From: Paramoeba atlantica
Lineage: Eukaryota; Protista; Discosea
Reading direction: 5' to 3'
DNA: 25,807 nucleotides
Assembly: GCA_977017575.1 (NCBI GenBank)
Contig: CDRNVI010000132.1
Coordinates: 1 to 25,807 of the forward strand
The position numbers were made by a program, and so were the translations under genes. The notes under the pieces are model-generated. The model had not been told where the DNA came from and ran no database searches. It saw only the letters and a list, made by a program, of their open reading frames with translations. Positions 22,851 to 25,807 of this stretch are shown in pieces; the first letter of the stretch is position 1; each line of letters begins with the position of its first letter.

Positions 22851-22879
22851 GTTATTTTTAATTGATACTTACTGCCTCA

Positions 22880-22908
22880 GCTATTACTTATGGCAAGTGA
22901 TAACAACT
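22880..22908 (-). repeat. Truncated attC-like half-site downstream of the GNAT gene
   Basis: Minus strand GTTGTTATCAC-TTGCC-ATAAGTAATAGC; 10/12 match to the ATGAGTAGTAGC arm of the 23462-23593 element. No partner arm found. Confidence 0.4.
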
Positions 22909-22923
22909 GACTTTATTTTCGGT

Positions 22924-23418
22924 TTATTTATATCGATATACTTCGTGATTGCCAAAATCGAGCAAACCAATGGTTGAATCAAATTTAGCCCCGAGGCGTA
23001 ATGCCAACTTCTTGGAGGGTCTGTTTGCTGGGTCAATATAACTGACCAATAAATCTAATTTCAGTTTTTCCAAGGCGAATTCCTTAACGGCCAGACCAGC
23101 TTCAACCCCATACCCTTTTCCTTGAAATTTAGGCAATAACCAATATCCCATTTCAGGTTCGGGCCATGGGTGGGATTTCCATAATCCAATAGTTCCTATC
23201 AGATTTCCAGAATCCTTTTCGGCAATTGCGAGGTACGAAAATCCGTTAAGCTCATAGTGACCAATATACGTAGCCATCAATCTCCATGATTCTTCAGGTG
23301 TTTTCACTCCTCCAACATATTTAGCATTCTCTTCTACAGCGTAAAAATCGGCGAAAATGGAATAATCTTTGTTTTTCCATTGTCTAAAAATCAGCCTATC
23401 AGTTTCTATACCTATCAT
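22924..23418 (-). CDS. GNAT family N-acetyltransferase (RimJ/RimL-like)
   Basis: IETDRLIFRQW, PEMGYWLLPKFQGKGYGVEA (acetyl-CoA motif A) and IDPANRPSKKLALRLG. Confidence 0.95.
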   Translation of the reverse strand: MIGIETDRLIFRQWKNKDYSIFADFYAVEENAKYVGGVKTPEESWRLMATYIGHYELNGFSYLAIAEKDSGNLIGTIGLWKSHPWPEPEMGYWLLPKFQGKGYGVEAGLAVKEFALEKLKLDLLVSYIDPANRPSKKLALRLGAKFDSTIGLLDFGNHEVYRYK

Positions 23419-23461
23419 ATTTGCTTAATAGTTATTCATTGAGTATACGCCCTCATCTTGT

Positions 23462-23593
23462 TACTAACGGTCTCGTGTATGAGTAGTAGCGGATTTCTAC
23501 TCACAAACCTTTCGGTTTTGCACTGACCTTTGTTCTATGTTTATGCTTTCATTTTATCATTTAAACCAATATTACCTATACACAATATTGTAC
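23462..23593. repeat. ~130-bp imperfect palindrome resembling an integron attC site
   Basis: Outer boxes TACTAAC (23462-23468) and ATTGTAC (23587-23593). Inner arms GTGTATGAGTAGTAGCGG (23475-23492) and CCAATATTACCTATACAC (23566-23583). Internal hairpin AAACC-TTTC-GGTTT. Confidence 0.6.
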
Positions 23594-23642
23594 CCTGGCA
23601 TACTTTAAATCGGATGTACTACCTGATAATTTTTGATGATAA

Positions 23643-24119
23643 TTATTTGCTTTTTAGCTTTTCAGCCACCTTGTCATAATATTCTTGTGTTAGTACCTCG
23701 GTCCAATTAGTGGGCTGTTCACCACTATAGAAAGCCAAATATGTTACATCTTTATCCTTGGTAGAGGAATGCCAATGCTCGATATCTTTCGCACATTTAA
23801 TTACGTCACCTTCTTTCAGAATTACAGGCTCTTTACCTCTCTCCTGATAATAGGCTTCGCCATCTACAATTATTAAAATCTGCACAGAACTATGTTTATG
23901 CCAATCCAAGGTGGAGTTGGCTCTAAAGGTTGCTTTTGTAATATTATAACCCAAGTCGGCATCATCGTGAATTATGGCATTTAACCAAGCCTCCCCAATG
24001 TAATGCGTATTTGGTGCCTTTGTGCCCTCAGTATGATAGGAGGAAACGTTATAATCAGAACTTTGGGCAAATAAGTATAGAGGGGCTAAAATAAATAGGG
24101 TGAAAATTAAATTTCTCAT
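23643..24119 (-). CDS. Cupin domain protein with N-terminal signal peptide
   Basis: Cupin motifs WHKHSSVQILIIVDGEAYYQE and GDVIKCAKDIEHWHS; signal-like MRNLIFTLFILAPLYLFAQ. Confidence 0.9.
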   Translation of the reverse strand: MRNLIFTLFILAPLYLFAQSSDYNVSSYHTEGTKAPNTHYIGEAWLNAIIHDDADLGYNITKATFRANSTLDWHKHSSVQILIIVDGEAYYQERGKEPVILKEGDVIKCAKDIEHWHSSTKDKDVTYLAFYSGEQPTNWTEVLTQEYYDKVAEKLKSK

Positions 24120-24326
24120 TTTATACTTTTTAAATTAATTATTTCCAGTGGTCGTTCGGAGTTCATTGCTTGAGTACAACACATTTATGTCAACAATTTA
24201 CCCTTTTTATGCGGTTTGCCTTCTTGGTTGTTGAGAGAAATATTACCATTTTAATTTAAACTGTATATTTACCCCGTCAACACATTCTGACGGCTTAGAG
24301 TGGTCGATTACCTAAAACACATATCT

Positions 24327-24614
24327 ATGGCTAATCAGAATGAACAAAACCGTTGCCCGTATTGTAATGCGGCCTTTGCTACGGCAGGTACACGCTACGT
24401 ACCACAAATTTCCCAGCTTACCCCAGCACAAACACAACTTTTGGATTTTGCTAATGCCCTGGATGCCCCAGATTTGGTTAAAGCCCTAAAACTCATCCAT
24501 GATCTGGCGCTCTACCACTCAGACGGACTTATAGATGACCCGGAAAAAGTGGCACTCTATTGGGTAAAAGGGCTGTGGGAGCATATTGAGGGGATTGAAG
24601 GAGGGAAAAATTGA
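24327..24614 (+). CDS. Hypothetical protein (~95 aa; likely ATG start at 24327 rather than the GTG at 24300)
   Basis: Open frame with a CPYC motif and a helical C-terminal half (ALKLIHDLALYHSD...ALYWVKGLWE). No recognised family. Confidence 0.65.
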   Translation: MANQNEQNRCPYCNAAFATAGTRYVPQISQLTPAQTQLLDFANALDAPDLVKALKLIHDLALYHSDGLIDDPEKVALYWVKGLWEHIEGIEGGKN

Positions 24615-24687
24615 AAATGGAAAATGGAAAATTGAAAGTGGAAAATGGAAAATGGAAAGTTGAAAATGGAAAGTTGAAAATGGAAAA
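24611..24687. repeat. Tandem array of 11 heptamers T(G/T)GAAA(A/G), followed by TTGAAC repeats at ~24694-24708
   Basis: Parsed directly: TTGAAAA TGGAAAA TGGAAAA TTGAAAG TGGAAAA TGGAAAA TGGAAAG TTGAAAA TGGAAAG TTGAAAA TGGAAAA. Confidence 0.95.
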
Positions 24688-24740
24688 CTGAGTTTGAACT
24701 TGAACTTGTTTTTTAATTAGGTGATGGGTCTTTGTCTGGG

Positions 24741-25568
24741 CTAATCTTCTTGGGGAACAAGCGCCACAATCCGTAAAGGTGCGCCACTACCGCCCTTAAT
24801 TTTCATGGGCAGGGCTATAATTTCAAATCCGGTTGTGGGCAGTTGGTCCAAGTTGGTCAGGTTTTCAAAAGCGGGAATGTCCTGTCCCAGTAAAATTACA
24901 TGACTTTGAAAGTATTGCGACTGGCCATAGTCTATGCTAGGGGTGTCTATACCAATGGAGGCAATTTTGCGGTTATCTACCAACCACTGTGCCGCTTCGG
25001 GCGAAAGTCCGGGAAAGTGCAGCAGCTTTATGGCGCCCTCTCCCCGCTGGTCCGTTCCCAAATATTGCATTTTGTCCGGATAATATTTGGAAAAATTGGT
25101 TTGCAGGAGTACAATGCTTCCCTCCGGGATGGGGTTGCCCTGTTGCTTTTCCCATGCTTGCAAATCGGCGATGGTAATCAAATAATCCGGATTGTCCATT
25201 GCCTTGGCGGAGACGTCCACTTTAATGGCGTTGCCTATCAACTTTTCGAGCGGAATCTCATCTACCGTTTGTTTGTTGGCCGCAAAATGAATGGGCGCAT
25301 CAATATGGGTGCCACCATGCTCGGCCGTGGTAAAATTATTGGCGGCGTAAAAGTAGCCCTTGTCCGTTTGCCCATGAAACACGGTATCCAACTCAAATTC
25401 TTGGGCGGTGACCCAATACACGGTCTCGCGGGAATAGGTGTGGGAGAGGTCCACTATCTTTTTTTGTTGGGTTTGGCCCAACTTTTCCGCTTTGCCATCT
25501 GTGCTAAGGTTGGGCTGGCAGGCCATAAGGGTGAACACTGTGCATAGGTATGGTACGGTTTTTTTCAT
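24741..25568 (-). CDS. Cyclase family metal-dependent hydrolase (kynurenine formamidase-like), predicted lipoprotein
   Basis: Signature AEHGGTHIDAPIHF, GIDTPSID, ENLTNLDQLP and KIKGGSGAPLR. Likely start MKKTVPYLCTVFTLMAC (lipobox LMAC) at 25568. Confidence 0.95.
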   Translation of the reverse strand: MKKTVPYLCTVFTLMACQPNLSTDGKAEKLGQTQQKKIVDLSHTYSRETVYWVTAQEFELDTVFHGQTDKGYFYAANNFTTAEHGGTHIDAPIHFAANKQTVDEIPLEKLIGNAIKVDVSAKAMDNPDYLITIADLQAWEKQQGNPIPEGSIVLLQTNFSKYYPDKMQYLGTDQRGEGAIKLLHFPGLSPEAAQWLVDNRKIASIGIDTPSIDYGQSQYFQSHVILLGQDIPAFENLTNLDQLPTTGFEIIALPMKIKGGSGAPLRIVALVPQED

Positions 25569-25682
25569 GACCTCTTGGTTTTGGATAACGGATACTGAAG
25601 TTCGGAATTTTTCCTTCAATAACAAGAAATGCCGTGCATTGCGATGGGCATACACGGCATTCCATATACGGTATCTTGTTTG

Positions 25683-25807
25683 CTATTTGGAGGTTTGGTC
25701 TATAAATGCGTCCACATCCTTTTTAAATTTTGCCATGGAAGGGATATGCGTATACATCATGTGCCCAGCTTCATAATATTTCATGATGATGTTCTTTTTC
25801 AGCTCAG
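25683..25807 (-). CDS. C-terminal fragment of a peptidase S10 family serine carboxypeptidase (missed by the ORF track)
   Basis: Minus strand ELKKNIIMKYYEAGHMMYTHIPSMAKFKKDVDAFIDQTSK-TAG; the AGHM catalytic-His motif of S10 peptidases. Confidence 0.85.
   Translation of the reverse strand, partial: ELKKNIIMKYYEAGHMMYTHIPSMAKFKKDVDAFIDQTSK

Noticed and set aside
24611-24708. Repeat array as CRISPR
   Set aside because: 7-nt tandem units with no spacers and no cas genes.
24900-25776. Overlapping ORFs 24900-25547, 24973-25155, 24989-25177 and 25438-25776
   Set aside because: Shadows of the cyclase and S10 peptidase genes with no recognisable motifs.

Overview
The window joins two unrelated genomes. 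Bases 1 to ~22772 are a very AT-rich, intron-free protist mitochondrial genome with every gene on the + strand and UGA read as Trp, which is why the supplied ORF track fragments the genes. The order is cob (5'-partial), orf167 (probable atp4), nad3, atp6, nad4L, nad5, nad6, nad11, nad1, nad4, nad2, rps2, rps4, atp1, cox2, cox3, cox1, 13 tRNAs, atp9, 2 tRNAs and rnl. The gene set and tRNA structure point to an amoebozoan (inference). Eleven of the 15 tRNA genes have acceptor-stem mismatches at base pairs 1-3, the signature of Acanthamoeba-type 5' tRNA editing. Seven frameshifts, mostly at homopolymer runs, interrupt six protein genes. At ~22772 rnl breaks off inside domain V and the sequence switches to bacterial DNA of Bacteroidota/Flavobacteriaceae character. 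This part holds a truncated secreted-protein gene, a GNAT acetyltransferase, a secreted cupin, a hypothetical protein, a 7-mer tandem array, a lipoprotein cyclase (KynB-like) and the 3' end of an S10 carboxypeptidase. The GNAT gene is flanked by one complete and one truncated attC-like palindrome, with no integrase in view. The junction is most likely an assembly chimera.
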